Assembly: GCA_046290225.1 (NCBI GenBank)
Contig: JBKAGE010000035.1
Location: 1 to 64,000 of the forward strand
Length of the DNA stretch: 64,000 bases
Direction: 5' to 3'
Origin: Bradymonadia bacterium
GTDB lineage: Bacteria > Myxococcota_A > Bradymonadia > UBA7976 > UBA1532
The notes below the pieces were generated by a model. It ran no database searches. It was given only the letters and a program-made list of their open reading frames with translations, and had not been told where the DNA came from. A program made the position numbers and the translations under genes. Below are positions 1 through 9,239 of this stretch, in pieces; within the stretch, counting starts at the first letter, position 1; each line of letters begins with the position of its first letter.

Positions 1-81
1 CCGGGTATTCGCTGTACTGGGTACGGGTGGTGTTCTCAGATGCCTCGCATCAAGATCCAAAGCGACAATCCAATTGGTACA

Positions 82-346
82 GGGCACGGGCACGAGTTGA
101 TACATACGCTGACCCGTGGTCCTTCCTGGATTCAGGACGAAGGCTGCAACTGAAACTGAGATGATGTGTGTCTGAACGACCTGAGAATTCAGTTCTTGGG
201 GTGTATGGAGGCCAAGACCTCCGATGAGAGACACATGGGGCTGAGTAGAGCCTCCACCATCACACACCCACGAGCGGAGTCATGCAGGGCCACAGGTCCA
301 CACCCGAATCAACTCGTGCCCGTGCCCGTGCCCGTGCCCGTGCCCG
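82..346. repeat. Inverted-repeat (REP/MITE-like) element with a (GTGCCC)n tandem array
   Basis: 82-101 gggcacgggcacgagttgat is the exact reverse complement of 308-327; imperfect complementarity continues inward (about 111-128 vs 281-298); five GTGCCC units at 316-345. Confidence 0.6.
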
Positions 347-398
347 AAAACTCTCTTACCCGCGGAGCGAGGCCACGCACGAGACCAGAGCCCCGGAG

Positions 399-1565
399 CT
401 AACGCCAAAACCCAAGACCCATCCCAAAGTTCTGCCACTCATGCGCCACATCGTACGAGACCGACAAGCGCCAGTCCCACCCCCACGAGATGCGCACATC
501 GCCTCCGAGCGTGCCATGGATGCGGCCCAGCTCGGGATCGAAGCGATCCGGCTCGTGGTACGTGCCCGCGCGCACCACCAGGCGGTTCTCGATCACCTCC
601 GACTCCGCCCCAGCGCGCAGGCTGACGCTGTGGTACTTGCCCGAGCGTTGTGGTTGCTGGTTCAGAAATGAGGCCACCCCCACAGCGTTGTCGGAGGGCC
701 CGGTGACCACCAGATCTGCGGTGAGCATCACATAGCGACGGGGATAGGATGCATCGAGCTTCTCGCTGGGGTTGAAGGGTCGGGGGCCGAAGGCGTAGCT
801 GCCTCCGACGCCCAGCTCCCAGGGCACCAGCAGCTCGTTCGGGATCAAGCGGCCCACCTCATCCGCTTCCGCGCCAGCGTCAGATGGCTCCTTGCTCCGG
901 ATCGGCGTGCGGAGCACCGCCCCCAGCCGCCAGGGCTCGTCTTTGGGGCACCACAACGTGCCAAACTGAAAGCCACCCCCTGTAAGACCCGCCTCGATCT
1001 CCGTCGAGTCGGTCCACTCGAACTCGACGTTGCCGACCAACAAGAAGCCACCGATGATCAGCTCTCGCCCGGGGAACGTATATGCGTAGCCGAAGCCGCC
1101 GAGGAGTTGCCGATACTCCGCGCGGCGGGTATCACCCCCGTCGGGGATGTCGAGCTGAAAGGTCTGGCCGCTCACATGGAAGGCGTAGTTGTGGCGGCGA
1201 TTGAACTTCAGGTTGAAGCCCGCCTGGCTGAAACCTGCCTCCTTGAAATCGACCTGCTGGCCCGAGAGATCGAAGGCCCGATCGTCGCCTTCGGAGAAAT
1301 TCAGCCAAGAAATGGCGAAGTCCCAGTCGAATTCGTCGTCGGACATCTGCAGGGGGCGAAAGGCGATCGAGGCCGGGTTGACCAGATGACCGTCCGCCCC
1401 TTCGGCGACGCCGATGTAGGCGCCACCGAGGCCGATCACCCGGTTCGAACTCACCACCGGCCCTTGAAAGAAATCCACATTGTAGACCTGGTCCTGCGCC
1501 CGTGCCTCACTGGCCAGGCACAACAGGGCCAATGATCCGAACAGCGCCTTGACCGGAGACCTCAT
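399..1565 (-). CDS. Outer-membrane beta-barrel protein, FadL/OmpP1-like
   Basis: Signal peptide MRSPVKALFGSLALLCLASEARA; plug-like motif RVIGLGGAYIGVAEG..NPAS; alternating beta-strands; aromatic C-terminus (GLGFWR). Start moved from 2096 to ATG 1565 (alternative 1580). Confidence 0.7.
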   Translation of the reverse strand: MRSPVKALFGSLALLCLASEARAQDQVYNVDFFQGPVVSSNRVIGLGGAYIGVAEGADGHLVNPASIAFRPLQMSDDEFDWDFAISWLNFSEGDDRAFDLSGQQVDFKEAGFSQAGFNLKFNRRHNYAFHVSGQTFQLDIPDGGDTRRAEYRQLLGGFGYAYTFPGRELIIGGFLLVGNVEFEWTDSTEIEAGLTGGGFQFGTLWCPKDEPWRLGAVLRTPIRSKEPSDAGAEADEVGRLIPNELLVPWELGVGGSYAFGPRPFNPSEKLDASYPRRYVMLTADLVVTGPSDNAVGVASFLNQQPQRSGKYHSVSLRAGAESEVIENRLVVRAGTYHEPDRFDPELGRIHGTLGGDVRISWGWDWRLSVSYDVAHEWQNFGMGLGFWR

Positions 1566-2910
1566 GCGACCTCTTCTCATTGCCTTCACCGCCCTCTGGC
1601 TCCCTTCCTTGTGGGCCTGTGGGAGCACGTGCAAGGACATCGCTGCCCACCAGCGCGAGCTCATGAACCGACCGGCAGAGACCGACGACCCGCACTTTGC
1701 CGTCGGCCTGTCGCTCAAACGCATCAACAGCCTCATCGCCAAACGGGTGACGAAGATCGAGCCGCAACCCATCAAACTCGGTGGGCTCGGGCGGTTCAAG
1801 AATGCCATCGGAAACTTGAGCATCGCACCCAAGCGACTGCAGCTCGTGCCCACCTCGCCCGGGCACGTGGGCGTGAAGGCCACCTTCGACATTCGGCAGA
1901 AGGGCAGCCCGATCTTTGACGTGACGTTCCGCACCGACATCGAGCCCATCCTCGACACCGAGAAGGGCACGATGCGCATCGAGCTCAAGGCCAGCGACTT
2001 CAAGTCGGTGAAGGCCGACTTGTCGCCCAAAGCCGCCGACCGGGTCACCAACATCCTCTGGAAGAAGGTGCCCAAAGGCCTGAAGTTGCTGGGCAAGAAG
2101 AACGTGAAACGGGCCGCTCGAAAGGCCGTCAGCTCGTTGAGCTCTCAGGCCTACAACTTCGTCAAGGGTCCCCTCGCCGCCCACCTGGGCACCCTCGCCC
2201 GCATCGAAGTGGCCATGCCCCCCTTCCCCATCGCCGAGCTGAGCGTGCGGACCAACCGCTACAGCGGTGGCATCCTCGAGGTCGGCGCCCGCACCAGCCT
2301 CGGCGTGCAAGACGGTCTCGAGTCCAATGGCGCCGAGATGAAGTCGAAGAAGACTCAGGCCCTGGTGCGGTTCTCCGGCAACGCCTTCGCCACTCTGGGC
2401 AACTGGTTCCTGAGAGAGGGCATGATCCAGACGCACTACACATCCAAGGGCAAACCCGACGACAAAGGGGCCTACACCCCGGCCTTCGACTGGGTGCATG
2501 GTGACGATCGACCCCTCAAGGTGCACGTCTACAAGAACAAGGGTGAATGCATCCACGCTCGGATCGGCGGGCGCCCCACCCTGGCCATGGCCGAGAAGGG
2601 CAAGGTGAAGGTGGGTGTCGAGGGCGGCGAGATCGAGCGGGTCGACGGCCCTGCGCTCATCGAGATCGCCGGCTGGGCCTACAGCCTGTGGGCCGACGCC
2701 ATCGAGATCAGCAAGGACATCACTGCTCAGACCAGGGTCAAGATCGCCGGCACTCGTTATCAGCTGGGCCTGAGCGAGGCCGAAGTGTTCAACGACGAGG
2801 TGATTTTGGGGCTGCGGGTGGAAGAAGCCCCCAAGGGCAAGTCGAGCGCCCCCAAAGCCTCTGCCCCGCAGTACGCACCTGGCGACTGGATGGCTCGACG
2901 ATGTGAGTGA
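1564..2910 (+). CDS. Hypothetical Lys-rich lipoprotein
   Basis: Lipobox-like SLWAC after a hydrophobic N-terminus; strong GC3 codon bias; start at ATG 1564. Confidence 0.7.
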   Translation: MRPLLIAFTALWLPSLWACGSTCKDIAAHQRELMNRPAETDDPHFAVGLSLKRINSLIAKRVTKIEPQPIKLGGLGRFKNAIGNLSIAPKRLQLVPTSPGHVGVKATFDIRQKGSPIFDVTFRTDIEPILDTEKGTMRIELKASDFKSVKADLSPKAADRVTNILWKKVPKGLKLLGKKNVKRAARKAVSSLSSQAYNFVKGPLAAHLGTLARIEVAMPPFPIAELSVRTNRYSGGILEVGARTSLGVQDGLESNGAEMKSKKTQALVRFSGNAFATLGNWFLREGMIQTHYTSKGKPDDKGAYTPAFDWVHGDDRPLKVHVYKNKGECIHARIGGRPTLAMAEKGKVKVGVEGGEIERVDGPALIEIAGWAYSLWADAIEISKDITAQTRVKIAGTRYQLGLSEAEVFNDEVILGLRVEEAPKGKSSAPKASAPQYAPGDWMARRCE

Positions 2911-5640
2911 TCACCAGCCCGGGCGCCCTGGAGGAGGCATCCCCTGACCCCGGCGCCAGTCCACATACCGCGCCCAGTCGACGTCGAAGGCCGCCGCCTC
3001 TTCCTCAGCCTCTTCTTCGAGCTCTTCCCACCACTCCGGATCAGTCGTGCCTTCGAGATCGGCGATGCGACGCTCGGCCTCGGCGCGGGTGATGCGGCCC
3101 ATCTTCCAGAGGCGGTAGGCGTCGAGCAGAGGCGCCAGCTCGGGGCTGCGATCAGGGCTTCGGAAGTTCATGCGCGCCGACTTCCGGCCGCCAGGCAGGT
3201 TGGGCGGGTTGAAGGTCTCGGGCACCCGACGTGGCACGGCCTCGAAGGGTGTGAAGTCGGGCTCTGCGGTGAACATGTCCCAGAGCGGAGAAGCCGCGGC
3301 ATCGGGGCGACCCAGCGGGGGCACCTGGAAAATCGTCTCGATGGTGGCGAAGACCGACATGAACGATCCGAGCACGTGGCTGATGTGACCTCGTCGCCCC
3401 CAGGGGCTGATCACCAACACGAAGGATCGATGCGCCTCGACGTGATCCTGACAGCCCTGGGGATCATCTTGCAGCACGATGATGGCGGTCTTCGCCCAAT
3501 ACTCACTGTGGGAGACGGCGTCGACGAGCAGCCCCACGGCATAGTCGTTGTCCGCCACCATCGACTCAGGTGTGGGGGCGTCGGGTTGAGTGCCCACAGT
3601 GTGATCGTTGGGCAGCAGAAGGTAGGTGAACTGCGCCAGATCACCCTCGGCGATCTTGTCGGCGACGTACTGAACCTTCTCGGCGTCGAGGGTGCGATAG
3701 TTCACGAAGGGCCCGCCGGGGAACCGGTTGTCCGAGAAACGCACAGCCTTGGTGCCGTCGGCGGCCTCGGCGAGGGTGCCCACGATCTCACCATAGGTGC
3801 GCACCGACACCCCATGATCGTAGAGCCACGTGAACAGGTTGCCCATGTCGGGGGTCACCGCCTCGCTCAGCTGGAACCCCAGGAACTGATCCGTGCGGTT
3901 CTCTTCGATCCACATCCGCTCGGCGTACTCGGTGAGGTGAGTCCCCGTGAGCAGCAGGTGGCCCGTGTCCGAGTTCGGGGCGTTGGTGTAGAAGTTGTCG
4001 CTGAGGGTGAAGGCCTCGGCGAGGGCGTGCAGGTTGGGGGTCACCTCGGTACCCCACCGCAACAGCTCCGGATCGACATCGGCCCGCTCAGGATCAAGAT
4101 CACCAAAGACACAGTCGAAGGTCTTGTTCTCCTTGACCACCAGGATCACGTGCTCGATGGGCGACGCGCGACCAGCGACGGTGGGGATCGGGAAGGCCTG
4201 CCCCTCACATGACACAGGCCACGCTGTGCGCGGATGCTGGAAGTTGGTGCTCACCTGCGCCGTGGTGGCCTCGAGGTCGAGATCTTCGAGGCTGATGTGG
4301 GTGATGCTGCCCTTGATGCGGTTCTTCGCCGAGCGCCCGTCACTGGGCCCGGCGCCACCCCCCTTGCCCTCGGTGACGATCAGCTGCTGTCGCACAGCGT
4401 CCACGGCGACACCGGTGGGGTACCAGCCCGTAGGCAAAGCGCCGAGGGGCTGTAGAGGAGACGCTTGCAACACCGAGACGGCGTTGTCGGCGCCGCGGGT
4501 GGCGTAGAGCCGCCCCGACTCGGCGTCGTAGGCCAGGGCGTTGACGTTGCTGTGGGGCAGAGGCGCGCCCTCGGCGTTCACAAGATCGGTCTCGGCCACC
4601 TGCACCCAGTCGGTGACGGTCTCGGTCTCGGGATCGATCCGCGCCACGACGTCGCTCCCCGATACAGCCGCCCACACCGCCGAGCCATCAGGGGCAGCGA
4701 CGAGCCCCATGGGCGAGGTGGGCAGTGGGAGGGTGTTGCTCAAGGCGCCAGCGTCGAGATCGATGATGGCCAGACTCTCGCCGGCCACGTGGGCGCCGTA
4801 GAGGTGCTCGCCCACCTGGACCACGTCCCACACCGCGCCGCCCCCAGTGGGGAAACGTCGGCTCACCATGCCGCTGGCAAGATCGACCTCGACGATCGCC
4901 CCCTGATCGAACAGCCCCACCCACAACGTGGCCTCGTCAGCAGAGAGGGCCAGACCCGAGGTGTAGCCCTCTGTGTCGATCGACCCTGTAGGCGTCAGCA
5001 GGCCGGCCTCGTCGATGCTGAATCGATCGACGAGGCCGTTGACGCCGCCGCTGGCGTAGAGGGTGCTGCCATCAGCAGTGAGCGCCAGCCCGTGGAACGC
5101 CTGACCGCGATCGAGGGTCTGCAACACCACAGGGCCCTCGGGGGCATCGGTGTCGATCACCAGCAGCTGGCGCTCGTCATTGCTGGTGATGGCCACATAG
5201 GCCACCGCCGCCTGAGGGTGCACCCTCACCGAGGCAGGAAAACCTTCGACGACGAGGTTGGGTCCTGCCGGCGTCGTCGCCCGGCCGCTGAGGGTGAGAA
5301 ACGGCGCCTCCCCCTCGGGATCAGCCCCAGGTCTGCGCAACATGTCTTCAGGTGGCTCGGGTCTGCACGGAGGCCATTCGGCGTCGGGTGGGTCGAGCGC
5401 TGCGTCGCTCACGGGCGCCACACTCATGTCGTGAACCGCCGCATCTATCCCGACATCGCCCTCTACTCCGACATCGGGCACAGGCGCCATGTCGACCTCG
5501 ACACCGGCATCGAACATGGATTCAGACCCGTCACCCACTGAACTGTTATCACAGGCAAACAACAGCAAACAGCTCATCGCCGAAGTCGTCAGGAGGCCCT
5601 TGAGAGCGACGAATTTTTGCGGTGCAAATCGTGTGTTCAT
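2911..5640 (-). CDS. Lipoprotein: YVTN/YncE beta-propeller plus phosphoesterase (alkaline-phosphatase superfamily) domain
   Basis: Lipobox LLFAC; propeller repeats (PTGWYPTGVAVD); phosphoesterase motifs IEHVILVVKENKTFD, SDNFY, LPNDHT, DDPQGCQDHVEAHR. Confidence 0.85.
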   Translation of the reverse strand: MNTRFAPQKFVALKGLLTTSAMSCLLLFACDNSSVGDGSESMFDAGVEVDMAPVPDVGVEGDVGIDAAVHDMSVAPVSDAALDPPDAEWPPCRPEPPEDMLRRPGADPEGEAPFLTLSGRATTPAGPNLVVEGFPASVRVHPQAAVAYVAITSNDERQLLVIDTDAPEGPVVLQTLDRGQAFHGLALTADGSTLYASGGVNGLVDRFSIDEAGLLTPTGSIDTEGYTSGLALSADEATLWVGLFDQGAIVEVDLASGMVSRRFPTGGGAVWDVVQVGEHLYGAHVAGESLAIIDLDAGALSNTLPLPTSPMGLVAAPDGSAVWAAVSGSDVVARIDPETETVTDWVQVAETDLVNAEGAPLPHSNVNALAYDAESGRLYATRGADNAVSVLQASPLQPLGALPTGWYPTGVAVDAVRQQLIVTEGKGGGAGPSDGRSAKNRIKGSITHISLEDLDLEATTAQVSTNFQHPRTAWPVSCEGQAFPIPTVAGRASPIEHVILVVKENKTFDCVFGDLDPERADVDPELLRWGTEVTPNLHALAEAFTLSDNFYTNAPNSDTGHLLLTGTHLTEYAERMWIEENRTDQFLGFQLSEAVTPDMGNLFTWLYDHGVSVRTYGEIVGTLAEAADGTKAVRFSDNRFPGGPFVNYRTLDAEKVQYVADKIAEGDLAQFTYLLLPNDHTVGTQPDAPTPESMVADNDYAVGLLVDAVSHSEYWAKTAIIVLQDDPQGCQDHVEAHRSFVLVISPWGRRGHISHVLGSFMSVFATIETIFQVPPLGRPDAAASPLWDMFTAEPDFTPFEAVPRRVPETFNPPNLPGGRKSARMNFRSPDRSPELAPLLDAYRLWKMGRITRAEAERRIADLEGTTDPEWWEELEEEAEEEAAAFDVDWARYVDWRRGQGMPPPGRPGW

Positions 5641-5700
5641 GCCATCAAAATCGCACAACTTGTGTATTTTCGCGGGAAAAACTCAGGCTCTCCCGGTAAC

Positions 5701-5830
5701 CTGACGAAAGAGTCAGCTGTGGGGGATTCGGGGTGCCCCAATCCCTGGCCTGCTTTGGCAGGCGCGACCGACCGGCTCTTCAGCGCCGGGGGCGAGACGC
5801 CCCCCGGCGCTGAAGAGCCACTTTCCCCAC
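5701..5830. other. Multi-hairpin intergenic element of unknown class
   Basis: Hairpins at 5701-5716, 5723-5745, 5748-5763 and a 19-bp perfect stem 5774-5792/5801-5819. Confidence 0.45.
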
Positions 5831-5900
5831 CCATCAATCAGCAGAATTTCTTGTTGTAGAGCCCCTTGTCTCGGTCCGGGCAAATCTCTCTAATACGTCA

Positions 5901-8039
5901 GTGCGCACCACACTCACCATCACCCGAGCGTTTTGGATCGTACTGCTTGTCTGCCTCGCAGCCTGTGAGGACGATCCGCGATTTGACCCGGAAGATCACT
6001 TCGAAGAGGGCGCCCTGGGGGTGCTCACTCAAGGCATGACCGTCGCAGAAGCTGGGGGCTGCTCCACGAGCATCGTTTCTGGCCTGAGCCGGCAGCTCAT
6101 CGAACAGATCAACTGCCTGCGGCCCAACACCCTCGAAGATTTCAGCCGAGCTGACATTCAGCAAGGGGCCGCGGTGTGGCCCTTTGTTCAGCGTGGTGGC
6201 CGCGACGCCCTCTGGCGGGCCATCGACTCACGGGGCGTGGGCCTGTCGCTCACCTCGGCTCTGCGCACGCTGCCGCAGCAATATCTGCTCTACCGGTGGT
6301 TTCAAGAGGGCCGGTGCAACATCAGCCTCGCCGCCCGACCCGGACGCAGCCGCCACGAGAGCGGCCTCGCCATCGACACCGGGGCCTGGGACGCCTGGCG
6401 CAACGCCCTCAACGCCAACAACTGGCAGTGGTTCGGCGATCGTGACGTGGTGCACTTCGACTATCGAGGGGCCAACACCGTCGATCTCGCCGGGCTCTCG
6501 GTGCTGGCGTTCCAGCAACTCTGGAACCGCAACAACCCCAACGATCAGATCGCTGAAGACAGCGCCTATGGCCCCCAGACCGAGGCCCGTCTGCGGCAAT
6601 CTCCCGCGGCGGGCTTTCCCATCAGTGGCTGTCTGGACGATCCCGGGCCAGGCCCTTCACCTGACATGAGCGTGGGGCCTGATCCCGATCCGCCTGCTGA
6701 CCGCTTCATGACCATGAGCGTGCGCGTCGAGACCATCGCCAACCAGCCTCGAGACTGGCTCGAGACAGGGACCAGCGCGGGCATCTTCGATCTGGTCGAG
6801 GGGCAGCGCTTTCATGTCTGGGTTGATCTGCGCAATGGGACTGGCCGACCGGTCACCCAAGCGGTGACCCTGGGCTACACCGTCGATGCGCCTTACGTCG
6901 ATGCGGTCACGGTGGAGATCCAAACGGATCTGCCCATGGCCAACGGCGGCAACTTCGTGCCTGTGGATCCCAACGCCAACCCCCGGCCCCTGGCAGGGCC
7001 CGACGGCTTCATCGATCTCGGTGTGTTGCAGCCCGGAGAGACCCGCCGCGCCCGCATCACCTTGCAGGGCGTGCAACCCTCCATCGGCCAGATCAGGCAT
7101 GCCCGCGTGCGGGCGTGGGTCCGATCGGTGCCGGGCTTCTACAGCGATCAGCTCACCTGGGACGACGCTGTAGAGCTGAACGAAAACGTCGACCGACTCC
7201 AAGACCTCGCCGAGGTCGACGTGCTGAGCACGAGCCGCTGGCGCTTCGAAGGCCCCAACGCTGGCGATACCGAGGGTTGGCAGACCTGCGACGGCGGGCT
7301 GACGACCAACGACACCGTCGAGCGCGCCCTCGCGCCCAACTCGGGCTGTGTCGACGGGCCACCGTGGATGGCCATCGACACAGATCGCTTCAACGCGGTG
7401 CGCATGGTGGTCCGCCACGGCGCCGCGGCCTCGGGCACCCTGCGCTGGCGTGACGACGCGGGGCAACTGGGCTCGGCACCGATCCAGGTGGAGGGCGGCG
7501 ACTGGCGTACGCTGGTGGTGCCCCTCGAGGGGGCTCAAGGTGACGTGGTGTCGATGCAGCTCGACTGGGGCAACGCCGGGCCCTGGATGCTCGACTTGAT
7601 CGAGGGCACCACTGATCAGGCGCCGCCAGATGATGATGGTGACGGCTGGCCTGCAGGCGAAGACTGCGACGATGACGACAACCGTCGCTTCCCAGGCGCA
7701 CCCGAGCGCTGCGACATGGTGGATGAAGACTGCGACAACCAGGTGGACGAAGGTTTGATGTGCGACGACGCGCCGCCACCGCCTGACGCAGCAGTGCCGC
7801 CAAAGCCTGGCGATCAAGACGCAGGCATGTTCGATCCGGAAGATCCATTCGTCGACCCGGAAGATCCGGGCGCTGGTGGTGCAGGCGGCTCGGGTTTCGG
7901 CGGCTTTGATGGCCCTGGGGCGGACGGCCTTCAGCCCACGGGCTCGGCGAAGCACTTCGGCAACAACTGCCAGACGGGCTCAGGCCCGGGGCTGTGGTGG
8001 CTGATGTGTTTGGCCTTCGTGCTCAGGCGCCGGCGCTGA
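5901..8039 (+). CDS. M15-type Zn peptidase (D-Ala-D-Ala carboxypeptidase-like) with peptidoglycan-binding segment, MopE-like Cys/Asp motif and MYXO-CTERM-like tail
   Basis: Lipobox CLAAC; SRHESGLAID..DVVH; DSAYGPQT; DCDDDD..FPGAPERCDMVDEDCD; C-terminus NCQTG..LWWLMCLAFVLRRRR. Confidence 0.8.
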   Translation: MRTTLTITRAFWIVLLVCLAACEDDPRFDPEDHFEEGALGVLTQGMTVAEAGGCSTSIVSGLSRQLIEQINCLRPNTLEDFSRADIQQGAAVWPFVQRGGRDALWRAIDSRGVGLSLTSALRTLPQQYLLYRWFQEGRCNISLAARPGRSRHESGLAIDTGAWDAWRNALNANNWQWFGDRDVVHFDYRGANTVDLAGLSVLAFQQLWNRNNPNDQIAEDSAYGPQTEARLRQSPAAGFPISGCLDDPGPGPSPDMSVGPDPDPPADRFMTMSVRVETIANQPRDWLETGTSAGIFDLVEGQRFHVWVDLRNGTGRPVTQAVTLGYTVDAPYVDAVTVEIQTDLPMANGGNFVPVDPNANPRPLAGPDGFIDLGVLQPGETRRARITLQGVQPSIGQIRHARVRAWVRSVPGFYSDQLTWDDAVELNENVDRLQDLAEVDVLSTSRWRFEGPNAGDTEGWQTCDGGLTTNDTVERALAPNSGCVDGPPWMAIDTDRFNAVRMVVRHGAAASGTLRWRDDAGQLGSAPIQVEGGDWRTLVVPLEGAQGDVVSMQLDWGNAGPWMLDLIEGTTDQAPPDDDGDGWPAGEDCDDDDNRRFPGAPERCDMVDEDCDNQVDEGLMCDDAPPPPDAAVPPKPGDQDAGMFDPEDPFVDPEDPGAGGAGGSGFGGFDGPGADGLQPTGSAKHFGNNCQTGSGPGLWWLMCLAFVLRRRR

Positions 8040-8064
8040 TCATACTGCGCTGATCACACTGCGT

Positions 8065-9225
8065 TCACCAGCGCCAGACCAGACCACTCGGAGAAGCCTC
8101 GACGCCCGCCTGCGCAGGTGCTACAGGCTCGGGCTCGCCCCCCTCATCGAGCCAGAGACTGGCCCCGAGGATCGCCAGGCCCGCAACACCCACCACGCCT
8201 CCCAACAACAAACGACCATCGCGCTGGCTGTAGAGATCATCGATCTCGCCCGGCGTTCTCCCGGGTGTACGGCCCGCGAGTCGATCATCGTTGTATGCGT
8301 CGGTCCATGACTGCACTTGCTGATCGTCGAGGATGGCGAGGGTGACGAAGGCCAGCCCCGTGGCTGTGAGGGCACCACCACCGATGAGACCTGTCGTCGC
8401 CCAGTCGAAGGGCGTGTCATCGACCACAGCAGTGCCCACGAGCCCCCCAGGCACATCCACCACCCGTTGCTCTCCGGCTTCGAGGCGCATCTCCACAAAG
8501 CTGCGCGCTTCAGAGCCGATGAACGTCAGGGTGTGCGCGCCGGGTTTCAGTTTGAGCACCTGCTCATCGTGAGGTGACGCGATCTCCTCACCGTCGATCT
8601 CTACGGAGATCCCTGTGAGATCACCCTGCATCTTCACCTCTGCAGGCGTGCTGTTCGACACCAGCTCGAACTCGAGCACTTTGGGGGATCCCGCTACATG
8701 CGTGAAAGCACGCCGGGTGTACAGGTGACCATCGAGCGTCAGCTCGATGTTGTATGCGCCGGGCTCAGTGTAATCGGACCAGGGTGAGAGCCCCACTCGA
8801 CGACCATCGATGATGACGCTCGCGCCTTCTGGCACAGTTTTCACTGTCAGTAGAGGTTGCTTGTGTTTGAGCTTTTTGAGGAACTCACTGAACTCTTTAA
8901 TGTACGGCATGGCTTCTTTATTGCGCCAGTGCTCGTTGATCAAGACAGTGTTCCACCGCTCGATTGATTTGATGTCTCTCATCTGTGCATGTGCGCTGAT
9001 GAGTACAATGAGTGGATAAATAGACTGCTCTTGCTCATATGCAAGCTTACATACAGAAGCAGCCTTCTCGTAGTGAGCCGACTCGAACTCTTTCTTGCAC
9101 GTACAGTAGAGAGTCTTGCACTTACCCTTGGACCGGGCTGGTGCCTTTGATGCAGCCCAATTTGGGGCATGTACCAGGATGATGCTCAGGCCGATCAAAG
9201 CCCTGAAGATACGCGACGGCAACAC
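8065..9225 (-). CDS. PEGA-domain protein with N-terminal TPR-like helices and C-terminal hydrophobic segments
   Basis: PEGA motif LTVKTVPEGASVIIDGRRVGLSP..PGAYNIEL; signal peptide; two Gly-rich hydrophobic segments. Confidence 0.8.
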   Translation of the reverse strand: MLPSRIFRALIGLSIILVHAPNWAASKAPARSKGKCKTLYCTCKKEFESAHYEKAASVCKLAYEQEQSIYPLIVLISAHAQMRDIKSIERWNTVLINEHWRNKEAMPYIKEFSEFLKKLKHKQPLLTVKTVPEGASVIIDGRRVGLSPWSDYTEPGAYNIELTLDGHLYTRRAFTHVAGSPKVLEFELVSNSTPAEVKMQGDLTGISVEIDGEEIASPHDEQVLKLKPGAHTLTFIGSEARSFVEMRLEAGEQRVVDVPGGLVGTAVVDDTPFDWATTGLIGGGALTATGLAFVTLAILDDQQVQSWTDAYNDDRLAGRTPGRTPGEIDDLYSQRDGRLLLGGVVGVAGLAILGASLWLDEGGEPEPVAPAQAGVEASPSGLVWRW

Positions 9226-9239
9226 TAGGCGTCTACCTG

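Noticed and set aside
158..169. tgagatgatgtg resembling the TnpB guide
   Set aside because: Short, mismatched and not preceded by TCAT
5700..5716. CTGACGA..GAAA as a hammerhead ribozyme core
   Set aside because: The motifs overlap with no stem II between them
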